Assembly (NCBI GenBank): GCA_963810935.1
Contig: CAWEPK010000008.1
Coordinates: 448,001 to 512,000, forward strand
Length of the DNA: 64,000 nucleotides
Origin: an uncultured delta proteobacterium
GTDB lineage: Bacteria; Desulfobacterota; Syntrophorhabdia; Syntrophorhabdales; WCHB1-27
Direction of reading: 5' to 3'
Every line of letters begins with the position of its first letter. The first letter of the stretch is position 1. The translations under genes were made by a program, and so were the position numbers. Below are positions 20,113-28,942 of this stretch, one piece after another. The notes under the pieces were generated by a model. It had not been told where the DNA came from and did no database searches. It saw only the letters and a program-made list of their open reading frames with translations.

Positions 20113-21294
20113 GTGACATTCTTGACTGAAACGAACAACACAACTCCTGTCTTTGAGCACCTCGTTGCGGAAAACATTGGACAGACTATATGGCTGCGGT
20201 TGCGACGTTTAACTAGCCCAACATTGTGTCAAAGAATTTTGGCCGCCAGAAATTGCGCCCTCACTACGGAAGCACTAAAAATCAAAGGGGAAGATATAGC
20301 TGCGGCCGTCCGCAGCGCCCTCGGTTATTGGGAAAGCGCGCCTGCTGCTCTCAACGCAAAAGTTTTGACCCGTTACTACGCTTTGCTCCAGCTTACTATT
20401 GCAGAGCAGATAACGTGTGAGGACCCGGCCGTCGACCTCAAGGCAATACAAAAACATACCGAGTACGGCCACGGCCTGTGCGTAGTAACTGCGCCGGACG
20501 TACCCTTTCCCAAAGGCTATTATATAGGCTGTTTAAACAATGGACACTTCAAGGCGTATTGTCGTTACAAGGGAATCGATATAGGGAAGTACATGCTCAG
20601 AAGGCGACTGGCAGAATGGGACGAAGTTTCCACTGAGGATCGCGGTAAGCTTGTTTCGATCGCAGATCTCCTACGGAGGATCCCAGAGTTACAATTCATG
20701 ACTAATGAGTGTCTTGGAGTGCCCCCCTTGTCGTTTCATATTGTCCACTCCATCAAAAATATCATCCAGCACGCACAACAAGGGCGCGACCATGGGATGA
20801 TTCGATCAGGACCATCCTCAAACAAGCTAAAGGAGACATACGTACTTGTTTTCCCGCATGGCCACGGCGTGACAGCAGAGTTTCTCAATTCATTGCCATT
20901 ACCCATCAAGGACATACAAGAAGAATATGATGAAACTCTAGGCCAAACCCACTTCGTCGGAATTCTTACGCATCCGATAGCCGGCTATTGGTGGCAATAC
21001 CTGAATACGTACAAGTCAGGTTACTGCGGAACCAGTATTATCTTGCCTTTTTGGGATGGCATTGAAGACCCACTCATAATTCATTTCATGATCTTGTACG
21101 CTCTAAGCATAGTGGTCAGGTATCTTCCATCGTTATGGCATGAAATAGACGACGGTAATCTGGATCACATTCGAGTGCTCATTGAGCACTACTTGATGAT
21201 TGTCGACAACGTACTTCCTCGTATCGCTGTTGAAAGAATAACAGGTACCCTCCTACGGGTAGATCAGCCTGGTTCCGGAAGTGCTCCTGTCTGA
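20113..21294 (+). CDS. YaaC-like protein in an AT-richer island
   Basis: 393 aa; RYYALLQ, GHGL, SIADLLRRIPEL and YALSIVVRYLPSLW resemble YaaC family motifs. GTG start uncertain. Confidence 0.65.
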   Translation: MTFLTETNNTTPVFEHLVAENIGQTIWLRLRRLTSPTLCQRILAARNCALTTEALKIKGEDIAAAVRSALGYWESAPAALNAKVLTRYYALLQLTIAEQITCEDPAVDLKAIQKHTEYGHGLCVVTAPDVPFPKGYYIGCLNNGHFKAYCRYKGIDIGKYMLRRRLAEWDEVSTEDRGKLVSIADLLRRIPELQFMTNECLGVPPLSFHIVHSIKNIIQHAQQGRDHGMIRSGPSSNKLKETYVLVFPHGHGVTAEFLNSLPLPIKDIQEEYDETLGQTHFVGILTHPIAGYWWQYLNTYKSGYCGTSIILPFWDGIEDPLIIHFMILYALSIVVRYLPSLWHEIDDGNLDHIRVLIEHYLMIVDNVLPRIAVERITGTLLRVDQPGSGSAPV

Positions 21295-21504
21295 GGCTTC
21301 AGCAACCAACGGGAACACTCCTAAACATGAAAAGTTGAATAGTGGCTTATATCGTTCTCGCTTGACATCCTGCGTTTTCTCAAGAACTACTTCAGAAATC
21401 GTCCTCGACCCCTTGAAACTAAGTGGGATGGTATTATATTTTCACTGATTCACTGATGCGATAGCTAAAAGGCGCGATTACTTCTTGCTAGGGACGAAAG
21501 GAAG

Positions 21505-22215
21505 ATGACTACGGACAATCGCCAGACGCGTATTTTCGTTCCTTCCGATGAACCTCCGTATGATTGGGTAGAGACTCTTGTTGGAAAAGTGTTTCATCCC
21601 TTAACCATGCAGTTTGCCGATTCTTTACGATGGTTCTGGTTTTCCCGTTATGCAACGGACGACCCAGCTGAATCGGGCGATTGTGATATTTCTCAGATCC
21701 CAGCCAATTACAAGCAGGGTGGGCACCGTAGTATGAGATTCCGTTTTTCAATTAAGAACAATCGGCAAAAGCAATTCGAGCGCACTGGAGAAGCGATCAT
21801 TAGCGCCAAAGGTTATGCAATCTCTGATTTCAGGGCCTATGATTTTATAGCTGATACGGGTAACAGCCGCTTTCTCGGCAATGAGAATAGGCAAGCTGGA
21901 CGTAAAGAACAGCGTGCCGATCTCGTTACGCAATTCTACGCAGCTATTTCCCGTTTGGTTGTTGATGCTCTGGTGGGACCAGACGAAAACGGCCGCTATC
22001 GTCTCGAAACAAACGACGATCACGCCAACAACCCGCAAGGATCAACTTTTCAGTCGCTTCTGCACCTCTTTTGTAACATAACCGACGTCCCGACTCAGGT
22101 CTATATCTTTCATAAGAAAGCCTCCGCCCTGCTAGGCTATGGCACATTTATGTATCATCCGAATGAGCCCCAGGGCGGTTGGGACGCTGTCACTGCGGTT
22201 TCAGTCCGGTATTGA
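21505..22215 (+). CDS. Hypothetical protein, possibly a divergent Lant_dehydr_C / thiopeptide-type domain
   Basis: 236 aa ORF with SD; WFWFSRY...HRSMRFRF and SLLHLFCNI recall that domain. The ORF is well supported; the function is speculative. Confidence 0.55.
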   Translation: MTTDNRQTRIFVPSDEPPYDWVETLVGKVFHPLTMQFADSLRWFWFSRYATDDPAESGDCDISQIPANYKQGGHRSMRFRFSIKNNRQKQFERTGEAIISAKGYAISDFRAYDFIADTGNSRFLGNENRQAGRKEQRADLVTQFYAAISRLVVDALVGPDENGRYRLETNDDHANNPQGSTFQSLLHLFCNITDVPTQVYIFHKKASALLGYGTFMYHPNEPQGGWDAVTAVSVRY

Positions 22216-22343
22216 TGACAAGAATGTTGATCTTCGGGCCAAATTCCCTGTCTGCCCCATCAATATAGTCAAGTCAACTTCATCTTCGGCCCACATTATT
22301 GCAAGCTCGGCTTATCCAAGCCAGGGGTCTGCTGTCGAGCAGG

Positions 22344-22464
22344 GGCCGGGAGGTTTTCGTCGATGACTATGAGTCGCGGAGGCGCGCGGCGGAGCGTACT
22401 GTTGTTGTACGTGAGTACGCTGCGCCGAGCAGACGACGAAGTAAGCGGCGAAAAGATCACGACC
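22344..22464 (+). repeat. Dispersed irregular hairpin element, copy B (121 nt)
   Basis: GGCCGGGAGGTTTTCG...GCGTAC-N7-GTACGTGAG...GCGAAAAGATCACGACC. Confidence 0.8.
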
Positions 22465-22487
22465 CCCTCTCCCGAACATTTGATATG

Positions 22488-22518
22488 CACACTTATATGT
22501 GTTACACATATAAGTGTG
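22488..22518. promoter_or_regulatory. 14-bp perfect inverted repeat, probable vapBC operator
   Basis: CACACTTATATGTG-TTA-CACATATAAGTGTG, 11 nt before the antitoxin ATG. Confidence 0.75.
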
Positions 22519-22529
22519 GAAGCTAAGAG

Positions 22530-22775
22530 ATGGAAAAGCAAAATATAACCCTCTCCCTCCCCAAGTCACTGTTGAAGAAGGCCAAGTTGCTGGCCGTTGA
22601 GGAAGAAACCTCTTTTAACGAGCTTGTGCGCCGTTGTCTGGAACAGCGCGTGGGTGCGGCAGGCGGCTACGAGAAGGCGCGCAGGCGACAGCTTAAGCTG
22701 CTCGAAGGCGGCTTCGACCTGGGCACAAACGGCAGCATCTCCGTGGCAAGGGAAGAGGTTCATGAGCGCCGATAG
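22530..22775 (+). CDS. Antitoxin, ribbon-helix-helix type (VapB-like)
   Basis: MEKQNITLSLPKSLLKKAKLLAVEEETSFNELV...REEVHER; overlaps the PIN gene. Confidence 0.85.
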   Translation: MEKQNITLSLPKSLLKKAKLLAVEEETSFNELVRRCLEQRVGAAGGYEKARRRQLKLLEGGFDLGTNGSISVAREEVHERR

Positions 22776-23184
22776 GACGTTCGTAGACACGAATATCATC
22801 GTATATGCGTATGACAGGTCGGCGGGCGCAAAGCACGAGAAGGCCCGGAAGATTCTCGTCGATCTCTGGAAATCAGGGGCCGGGGTTATAAGCACCCAGG
22901 TAATTCAGGAGTTTTTTGTAACGGTGACGCGCAAGTTACCCAGGCCCATGGAGCCGGAGAGCGCCAGGAAGGTCGTAAGCGACCTGCTGCTGTGGAACCA
23001 TGTCACAATCGAAGGCGCGATGATCCTGGACGCAATAGACCTTCACGGCAAGCACGGTTATTCTTTTTGGGATTCCCTCATAATAATAGCGGCAAAGCAG
23101 GCCGACTGCGCCCTCCTCCTCTCGGAAGACCTAGCCGCCGGTCACAAAATCACAGGCGTCACCATCAAGAATCCTTTCGCATAG
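22762..23184 (+). CDS. PIN-domain toxin (VapC-like)
   Basis: FVDTNIIVYAYD, STQVIQEF, YSFWDSLII, LLSEDL, NPF. Confidence 0.92.
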   Translation: MSADRTFVDTNIIVYAYDRSAGAKHEKARKILVDLWKSGAGVISTQVIQEFFVTVTRKLPRPMEPESARKVVSDLLLWNHVTIEGAMILDAIDLHGKHGYSFWDSLIIIAAKQADCALLLSEDLAAGHKITGVTIKNPFA

Positions 23185-23199
23185 ATATTTTCAACACCC

Positions 23200-23733
23200 C
23201 TATAGCTGCGTGAGCAGATATGACAGGATTTGGGGCAGACTTTGGAACAGCGGATGGTCCTCCCCTTCGTTCCAGGGGTTCGAGAGGCCCGTCCTTACAA
23301 TTCCTGCCGCTTTCGCCTTTTCCAGCGTAACCGGGCTGTCGTCTACGATGCCCCAACATTCGTCGAACAGCACGGTCTTGTCATAGCTCAGGTGGATGCT
23401 GTCGTAGGCCAGGCCGTTCTTTTGAAGCCACCGCTCCGTCGGGCCCAGCGCCTCCGGGCGCCTGTGGCTCGCCACTATGATGTAGAAACCGGCTTCCTTG
23501 AGCGACGTGAGGAACGCCGCCGCCTCTTCGTATGGCTCGAATTTCTCCTGCTCCAGGTGGATCATGTAAAGCAGGTCGTAGATCCTTTCCGGCCTGATGT
23601 ACGAACGCCAGAAGTCCCATGCCTCCCATTGCGCAGGCGGGGGGAGATCGGGGCTCACCTCCCGGATGCGCTCATAAAGCACTGGGGCAAGGTCCCAAAG
23701 CGTGTTGTCTATATCGACGATGATTTTTTCCAT
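23200..23733 (-). CDS. HAD-superfamily hydrolase (5'(3')-nucleotidase-like)
   Basis: IIVDIDNTL (motif I), ASHR, K and IVDDS motifs. Confidence 0.8.
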   Translation of the reverse strand: MEKIIVDIDNTLWDLAPVLYERIREVSPDLPPPAQWEAWDFWRSYIRPERIYDLLYMIHLEQEKFEPYEEAAAFLTSLKEAGFYIIVASHRRPEALGPTERWLQKNGLAYDSIHLSYDKTVLFDECWGIVDDSPVTLEKAKAAGIVRTGLSNPWNEGEDHPLFQSLPQILSYLLTQL

Positions 23734-23856
23734 GCCCTTATTATACATCAGGGAACAGCCTACAGGGAGGCGTTGCGGGCAAACTTTCCTTTGAATTATT
23801 CCTGATTCATGCAATAGTATTTTGAGTATCAGTGACAAAAAGTCAAGGGGGGGATT

Positions 23857-25113
23857 ATGGGTAATAAGCATGTATTGATTGCAGGCGCGGTCGTTTGCGT
23901 GGCCCTCGCCTTATTTGCCGGCATCGCGCAGGCTTCGGAAGGGCCTATAAAGATAGGCGTCATGTTCGTCGATTCGGGACCGATGGGCGGCTACGGCAAG
24001 CACGGCTTCCAGTCGGTCCGGCTCGCGGTGGATGAGATCAATGCCTCCGGCGGCATACTGGGCCGCAAGGTGACGCTCCTTACCGCGGATTCGAAGATGC
24101 AGCCGCCGGTGGGCGTCGGGATCGCGAAAAAATATATCCTGGAAGACAAGGTCGATTTCATGATCGGCCCTACGTCGAGCGGGGTGGCCGTCGCGCTCTC
24201 GCCTATCATCAAGCAGTATAAGAAGGTACTCGTCATGACGCAGGCCGCCGCCGATTCGCTGACCGGCGCGCAGTTCAACCCATATTGGTTCGCGACGATG
24301 AGCAACGCCATGATGCATTCGAGGGCGGGCGCGTATTTCGTGGCGGACAAGCCGTATAAGCGCTGGATGTGCATCGGGCCGAACTATAATTACGGGTGGG
24401 ACTCGTGGGCGTCCTTCAAGGGCAAGCTGAAAGAGCTTCGGCCCGACGTCGAGTTCCTGGACCCCCCCCTATGGCCCAAGCTGATGGAAACCAACTACAA
24501 GGAATTCATACAGAAGATAATCGACGCCAAGCCGGACGCCGTCTGGTCGCCGCTCTGGGGTATGGACGCAGTCAATTTTATCAAACAGGGGCTCGCGGTG
24601 GGCCTCTTCGACAAAATCAAGTTCGCCTTCCCCGACGGCGCCGCCCTGGAAACGCTCGTCCCGCTGGGCAAGGAGATGCCGTCGGGCATCTACGTGGCCG
24701 CCCGCTATTTCTTCCTGACCCCCGACTCCGCAATGAACCGGGCCTTCGTCAAGTCGTATCAGGAAGCATTTAAAGAATTGCCGGACTACATGGCCGAAGA
24801 GAGTTACGCGGGTGTCTATTTTATCAAGGCAGCGGTGGAGCGCGCGGGGACTACAGACGCAGACGCAGTAATCAAGGCCGTCGAGAAAGAGCCGCTCGCA
24901 TGGGAAACGCCCGAAGGCTGGAAGATCATGCGGGGCCAGGACCACGCGGTAGTGGAAGACGTAGTCTGGGGCGAGACGACGCCCAGCGCGAAATACGGCT
25001 TCGCAGTCCTTAAGAACCTTCATGCCATCCAGGCCGAGCAGATATGCCGCACGCCGGATGAGCTAAAGGCAGTCCGGGAAGGATACGAAAAAAGGCTGAA
25101 AGAGGGCAAATAA
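23857..25113 (+). CDS. ABC transporter substrate-binding protein, branched-chain amino acid (LivJ/K-like) family
   Basis: Signal peptide; IKIGV, INASGGILGRKV, IGPTSSGVA, NYNYG. Confidence 0.9.
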   Translation: MGNKHVLIAGAVVCVALALFAGIAQASEGPIKIGVMFVDSGPMGGYGKHGFQSVRLAVDEINASGGILGRKVTLLTADSKMQPPVGVGIAKKYILEDKVDFMIGPTSSGVAVALSPIIKQYKKVLVMTQAAADSLTGAQFNPYWFATMSNAMMHSRAGAYFVADKPYKRWMCIGPNYNYGWDSWASFKGKLKELRPDVEFLDPPLWPKLMETNYKEFIQKIIDAKPDAVWSPLWGMDAVNFIKQGLAVGLFDKIKFAFPDGAALETLVPLGKEMPSGIYVAARYFFLTPDSAMNRAFVKSYQEAFKELPDYMAEESYAGVYFIKAAVERAGTTDADAVIKAVEKEPLAWETPEGWKIMRGQDHAVVEDVVWGETTPSAKYGFAVLKNLHAIQAEQICRTPDELKAVREGYEKRLKEGK

Positions 25114-25593
25114 AGGCCCTTTCGATTTTCGGGGCGTGCCCTGCGCGATGCGGAAAAAACCGCACGAGAGCAGGTCACGCGCCGCAAGCTTCCGTATGCG
25201 CCCCGCACATCTCCTATACGCGGACGGACATGCGAAGCCCGGTTCGGGTAAAACGGACGTTGTAATTTTTTTGCTTGACAAGCAATTCATTGCATGACAA
25301 CATGTACCTATCCACTACAATTAGTTCCGCCCTTTGCTGGTGTATGGATTGATCCGGATTCGTAGGCATCGCCGGTGGATCGGCACCAGTGCAGCAGCTC
25401 ATTTTCCAACGGCCGAAACGGCCGGGCACGTCGCCATGACGCGTATGAACGGAATATAACCGAAACACCAAAGAAACCGAAATATTGTTCAGGGCGTAAG
25501 GACCGTCTTTCGTCAGGTTGGTCATTCCAATGGGAAGGCTTACGGGACCGTTCAGTTGAATGGCCGAAAGCCACCAAATAAAGGAGATCGGCC

Positions 25594-26238
25594 ATGAAGC
25601 GAGTACCTGTTTATTGTCTCGCCCTAGTGACGCTCGTTGCAATCGCACCCGTTGCACGGGCCACTACGGTCACATTCGACGACCTGAACAGCTCGAACAC
25701 CAGCAATAACGCCATTCCGAATTACTACGGAGGCATCATTTGGGGCACGAACCAATGGTACTGGGCGCCTTCCGGCGATTACTACCAAGCTGTATCCGCG
25801 CCTAACTACGCTTACGTGCCCCTCCAGCTCTGGAATTACGCCCCGTCGTTCACCTTTGCCCAGCCGGAGGTGCTAAAGGGGGCATTCTTCTCCGGCGCAA
25901 CCGGCGCGCCGTGCTCGTCCGGCATTTCTATAGAGTTCGTGCTCTTTTCCGGTGGCACGCAGGTGGCAGTCTCCGGCCTTTATTCTATCGGACAGACGCC
26001 GACCTGGGTAAGCTCGGGATACACCGGATTCATCGATATGGTCGAGGTACTGTCCTTCAGCAACGGAGGAGGCGGCAATATCACCCAGATCCCGGCCGGT
26101 TTCTGGGTCATGGACAACTTGACGTTCGTGCCCCTGCCGGCGCCGGCTCTACTGCTCGCCACCGGCTTGGCCTTTCTCGGGGCGATCAGGAAGAGGCCAA
26201 AGTCGCGTAACCGGCCCCGACCCAACTTAATCGAATAA
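25594..26238 (+). CDS. Exported protein with a VPLPA-CTERM (PEP-CTERM variant) sorting signal
   Basis: AAGGAG SD; signal peptide then TTVTFDDL; C-terminus MDNLTFVPLPAPALLLATGLAFLGAIRKR. Confidence 0.85.
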   Translation: MKRVPVYCLALVTLVAIAPVARATTVTFDDLNSSNTSNNAIPNYYGGIIWGTNQWYWAPSGDYYQAVSAPNYAYVPLQLWNYAPSFTFAQPEVLKGAFFSGATGAPCSSGISIEFVLFSGGTQVAVSGLYSIGQTPTWVSSGYTGFIDMVEVLSFSNGGGGNITQIPAGFWVMDNLTFVPLPAPALLLATGLAFLGAIRKRPKSRNRPRPNLIE

Positions 26239-26248
26239 GGAGCAGACG

Positions 26249-28159
26249 ATGAAGACGACGAAAACCACGCCCTCGTTCTATATCGCCGTAGTAATGTGCA
26301 TGCTCCTCGCAACGGCAGGATGCGGCGGAGGTGGGGGAAGCGGAGGTGGGGGAACAGGCACTGGGGCAAGCCCGGCAGGCAGTCCTGGCGGCGCGGGCGG
26401 CCAGCCGGGCCAGTATGTCTCCGGCGTGGCAGCGGCAGGCGCTCCCTTAGCAGGGAACATCCTTGGCGCCGGGTACGTCACCCTCAGGGATAGCGGAAGC
26501 CCCCCTACCACGCTTGGACCTCAGGCGACCGGCGCCGACGGCAGCTATAGTTTTGAAGTAACGGGCCTGGTCCCGCCTTTATTTTTACAAGCAGTGGGCA
26601 CGGCAGGCGGCCAGGGCTTCCAGTTGTTCTCGGTCGCCACGTCGGCAGGCACGGCCAATATCAACCCCCTGACCAACCTGGCGCTTGCAGTAGCCGCGGG
26701 CACGAGCGACCCGTCTTTAGTCTTCGCCAATCCCGGGCAGTACTACTCATCCGTTCAGTCGAACATGGCAAGCGCGGTCCAGAATATTCAGCAAACACTG
26801 GCTCCTCTTCTCAACGCTTACAATGCAGGCGGCACGAACTTTCTCACCGGAAGCTATACTGCCAACGGCACGGGTCTTGACCAGGTCTTCGACGCGACGA
26901 GCGTGATACTCGATATTGCCGCAGGGACGGTCACCCTAACCGACAAGACGACGGGGGATACTATCCTCTGGCCAACCCATATGACCACCCTGGCAAGCGG
27001 GACGGCCTCTGACAAGCTCGATACCGGCAACATCCCTTCGCCTGCGGATGTCGCGCAAACCGCCGATGACATTGCCGCTATAACGGCCCAGGTGAAGGCG
27101 CTCATGTCGCTAATAAATACGGGTGCTACGACCTCGCAGGTCAGGCCCTTCTTTGTCTGCAGCCCGGCCGATTACGGGGTCAACGACGGGAGGTGGCTCG
27201 ACGCAGAGGTAGCCTTCTATACCGCATGGCTCAACAACCGGCCCGCGGGGGCCTCCCTTGTGGGCACCCCGACCGTTATGGAAATCTCCGGCGACGATGG
27301 GACCCCGCCGTCATATACTGTCGGCGCAACGACCGTCCTCTCCGACGGCACTACCTATACCACCACACCCGATGGCGACGACAGCTTCATCTTCGTCTCG
27401 GAAGGAGGCACTTGGAAGCTCACCGGAAACGGTTATAAATCGTGTTTTACCCGCCACCCGGTACGCGCCGTAGCTTACCAGTTTATCCTTTCCGGCTCTA
27501 CACAAACCGTCACGGGACTTGCCCTTGACGCGGGAGACGACGGGAACAACGACCTTCAATGGGCGCTCGTCACCGGCCCGGGCTTGCCCTCCGGCGGCGT
27601 CACCATCCAGAAGCCTGTGGGTTCAGGCGTGATCGACCTTGTTCCCTTTAACCCGCAAACCCCGTACCACATCACGGGCACCACAGGATGGTGGCCGTGG
27701 ATAGACGTCTACCCTCTCGACGACACGACGATAGCCCAGATACCTGATAACGCCGAATACACGTTCAAATTTTACGATTCATCGAGCAATTTTGTGGAAA
27801 GGAGGACAATGACGCTGCCGAAGAGGCCGTTCCTCAGCACGGAGCTTGCGGGGGCCTTCCCCACCATAAACCTGCCGTCGCACAGTCTATCGTCCCTCCC
27901 TGCTTCCGGCGCCTTTACCTTCGGCTATACGCTGCCGCCCGTTACCGCATTCGGCGCGGTAGGATTGCAGGCAGCCCTTCAGCTCTGGGACGGCAGCGGC
28001 GACTATGCAGAGGGCGACGCTAGCCCTCCGATGAACGCCCAGTCTTCGACCGTAACAAGGCCGTCTACAGGGTGGACCCCCTCGGCCGCGGACCTGGAGC
28101 TTACGGCCACCGACGTCTTCCGGCGGGAGATGCACGTGCAGTGGATCTTCGGCCAGTAG
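26249..28159 (+). CDS. Large surface lipoprotein, hypothetical
   Basis: Lipobox TAGC followed by a poly-Gly linker; Thr/Gly/Ser-rich beta-type sequence with TGADGSYSF and ANINPLT. Confidence 0.8.
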   Translation: MKTTKTTPSFYIAVVMCMLLATAGCGGGGGSGGGGTGTGASPAGSPGGAGGQPGQYVSGVAAAGAPLAGNILGAGYVTLRDSGSPPTTLGPQATGADGSYSFEVTGLVPPLFLQAVGTAGGQGFQLFSVATSAGTANINPLTNLALAVAAGTSDPSLVFANPGQYYSSVQSNMASAVQNIQQTLAPLLNAYNAGGTNFLTGSYTANGTGLDQVFDATSVILDIAAGTVTLTDKTTGDTILWPTHMTTLASGTASDKLDTGNIPSPADVAQTADDIAAITAQVKALMSLINTGATTSQVRPFFVCSPADYGVNDGRWLDAEVAFYTAWLNNRPAGASLVGTPTVMEISGDDGTPPSYTVGATTVLSDGTTYTTTPDGDDSFIFVSEGGTWKLTGNGYKSCFTRHPVRAVAYQFILSGSTQTVTGLALDAGDDGNNDLQWALVTGPGLPSGGVTIQKPVGSGVIDLVPFNPQTPYHITGTTGWWPWIDVYPLDDTTIAQIPDNAEYTFKFYDSSSNFVERRTMTLPKRPFLSTELAGAFPTINLPSHSLSSLPASGAFTFGYTLPPVTAFGAVGLQAALQLWDGSGDYAEGDASPPMNAQSSTVTRPSTGWTPSAADLELTATDVFRREMHVQWIFGQ

Positions 28160-28187
28160 GGCCGCACCCGCAGCGCCGGACACGATA

Positions 28188-28216
28188 TTGACAGGGCGGG
28201 GCCGCCCGTGCATAAT
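28188..28216 (+). promoter_or_regulatory. Sigma70 promoter, probably giving a leaderless transcript
   Basis: TTGACA-N17-CATAAT; the A of ATG 28223 lies 7 nt after the -10 box. Confidence 0.7.
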
Positions 28217-28222
28217 TGGGCC

Positions 28223-28909
28223 ATGCCCGATGCGCGAAAAGCCCAGGGGGTCCGCTTCGACCCCTTCGCCCTGCTTGAGAGTTTCTTGCCGCCGCCCTGG
28301 CCGCACCGGGCGCTGCGGGCAGCAGTCATCGCCGTCCTTATAGTTTTTCTGGCCCACCGCGCAGCGTCTTACGGGACGTACTTCTTCAAGCCCCTCTGGG
28401 TGGTGGAGACGCTCATATTCGTTGTCTTCATAGTTAGCTATGCGGTGCGCACGGACCCCGTCGCTCGGTCGAAGGGCGTGCGCGAGATTATCGTCCCTCT
28501 GGCCGGCGCAGTCCTTCCTTTTTCCCTTCTTCTGTCACCTGTCTCCCGCCTTATCGCGGGGCATCCGTGGAGGCCCGTCGCCGTTTTTTCGTGGATGACT
28601 GCATGGACGGCGTTTACGGCTTGGGGCCTATGGACCCTGCGCGGCTCCTTCAGTATCACGGTGGAGGCGCGGGGCCTGGTAACGGGCGGCCCGTACGGGT
28701 TAGTCCGCCACCCGGTTTACCTCGGCGAGATAGCAACGGCCGCCTCAGTCATGCTCTTGCGCCTCACATTTGCAAGTGTCGCCATATTTGTCTTGTTTGC
28801 GGCCATCCAGCTTATCCGGGCGCGCATGGAGGAAGTCAAGCTCGCCCACGCCCTGCCCGGCTATGCAGCGTATGCCCGCCGCACATGGTGGTTCCTGCCC
28901 GCACATTGA
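28223..28909 (+). CDS. Isoprenylcysteine carboxylmethyltransferase / PEMT-family membrane protein
   Basis: SFSITVEARGLVTGGPYGLVRHPVYLGE, RARMEEVKL, YAAY. Confidence 0.85.
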   Translation: MPDARKAQGVRFDPFALLESFLPPPWPHRALRAAVIAVLIVFLAHRAASYGTYFFKPLWVVETLIFVVFIVSYAVRTDPVARSKGVREIIVPLAGAVLPFSLLLSPVSRLIAGHPWRPVAVFSWMTAWTAFTAWGLWTLRGSFSITVEARGLVTGGPYGLVRHPVYLGEIATAASVMLLRLTFASVAIFVLFAAIQLIRARMEEVKLAHALPGYAAYARRTWWFLPAH

Positions 28910-28942
28910 CAAAAACCTCTCCCGTCCGCAGATTTCTCGATA

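Noticed and set aside
19641..22464. Integron attC sites or an IS composite transposon
   Set aside because: No RYYYAAC/GTTRRRY cores, the copies are inverted rather than tandem, and no integrase, transposase or target duplication is visible.
25130..25185. Additional hairpin-family copy after the binding-protein gene
   Set aside because: It forms a stem (GCGTG..CTGC/GCAG..CACGC) but shares no family motif; treated as a possible terminator.
25400..25580. c-di-GMP-I/II or FMN riboswitch, or hammerhead ribozyme
   Set aside because: Only fragments resemble them (GAAAGCCAC, GGGCAC, TTCAGGGCG); the required partner stems and the CTGANGA core are missing.
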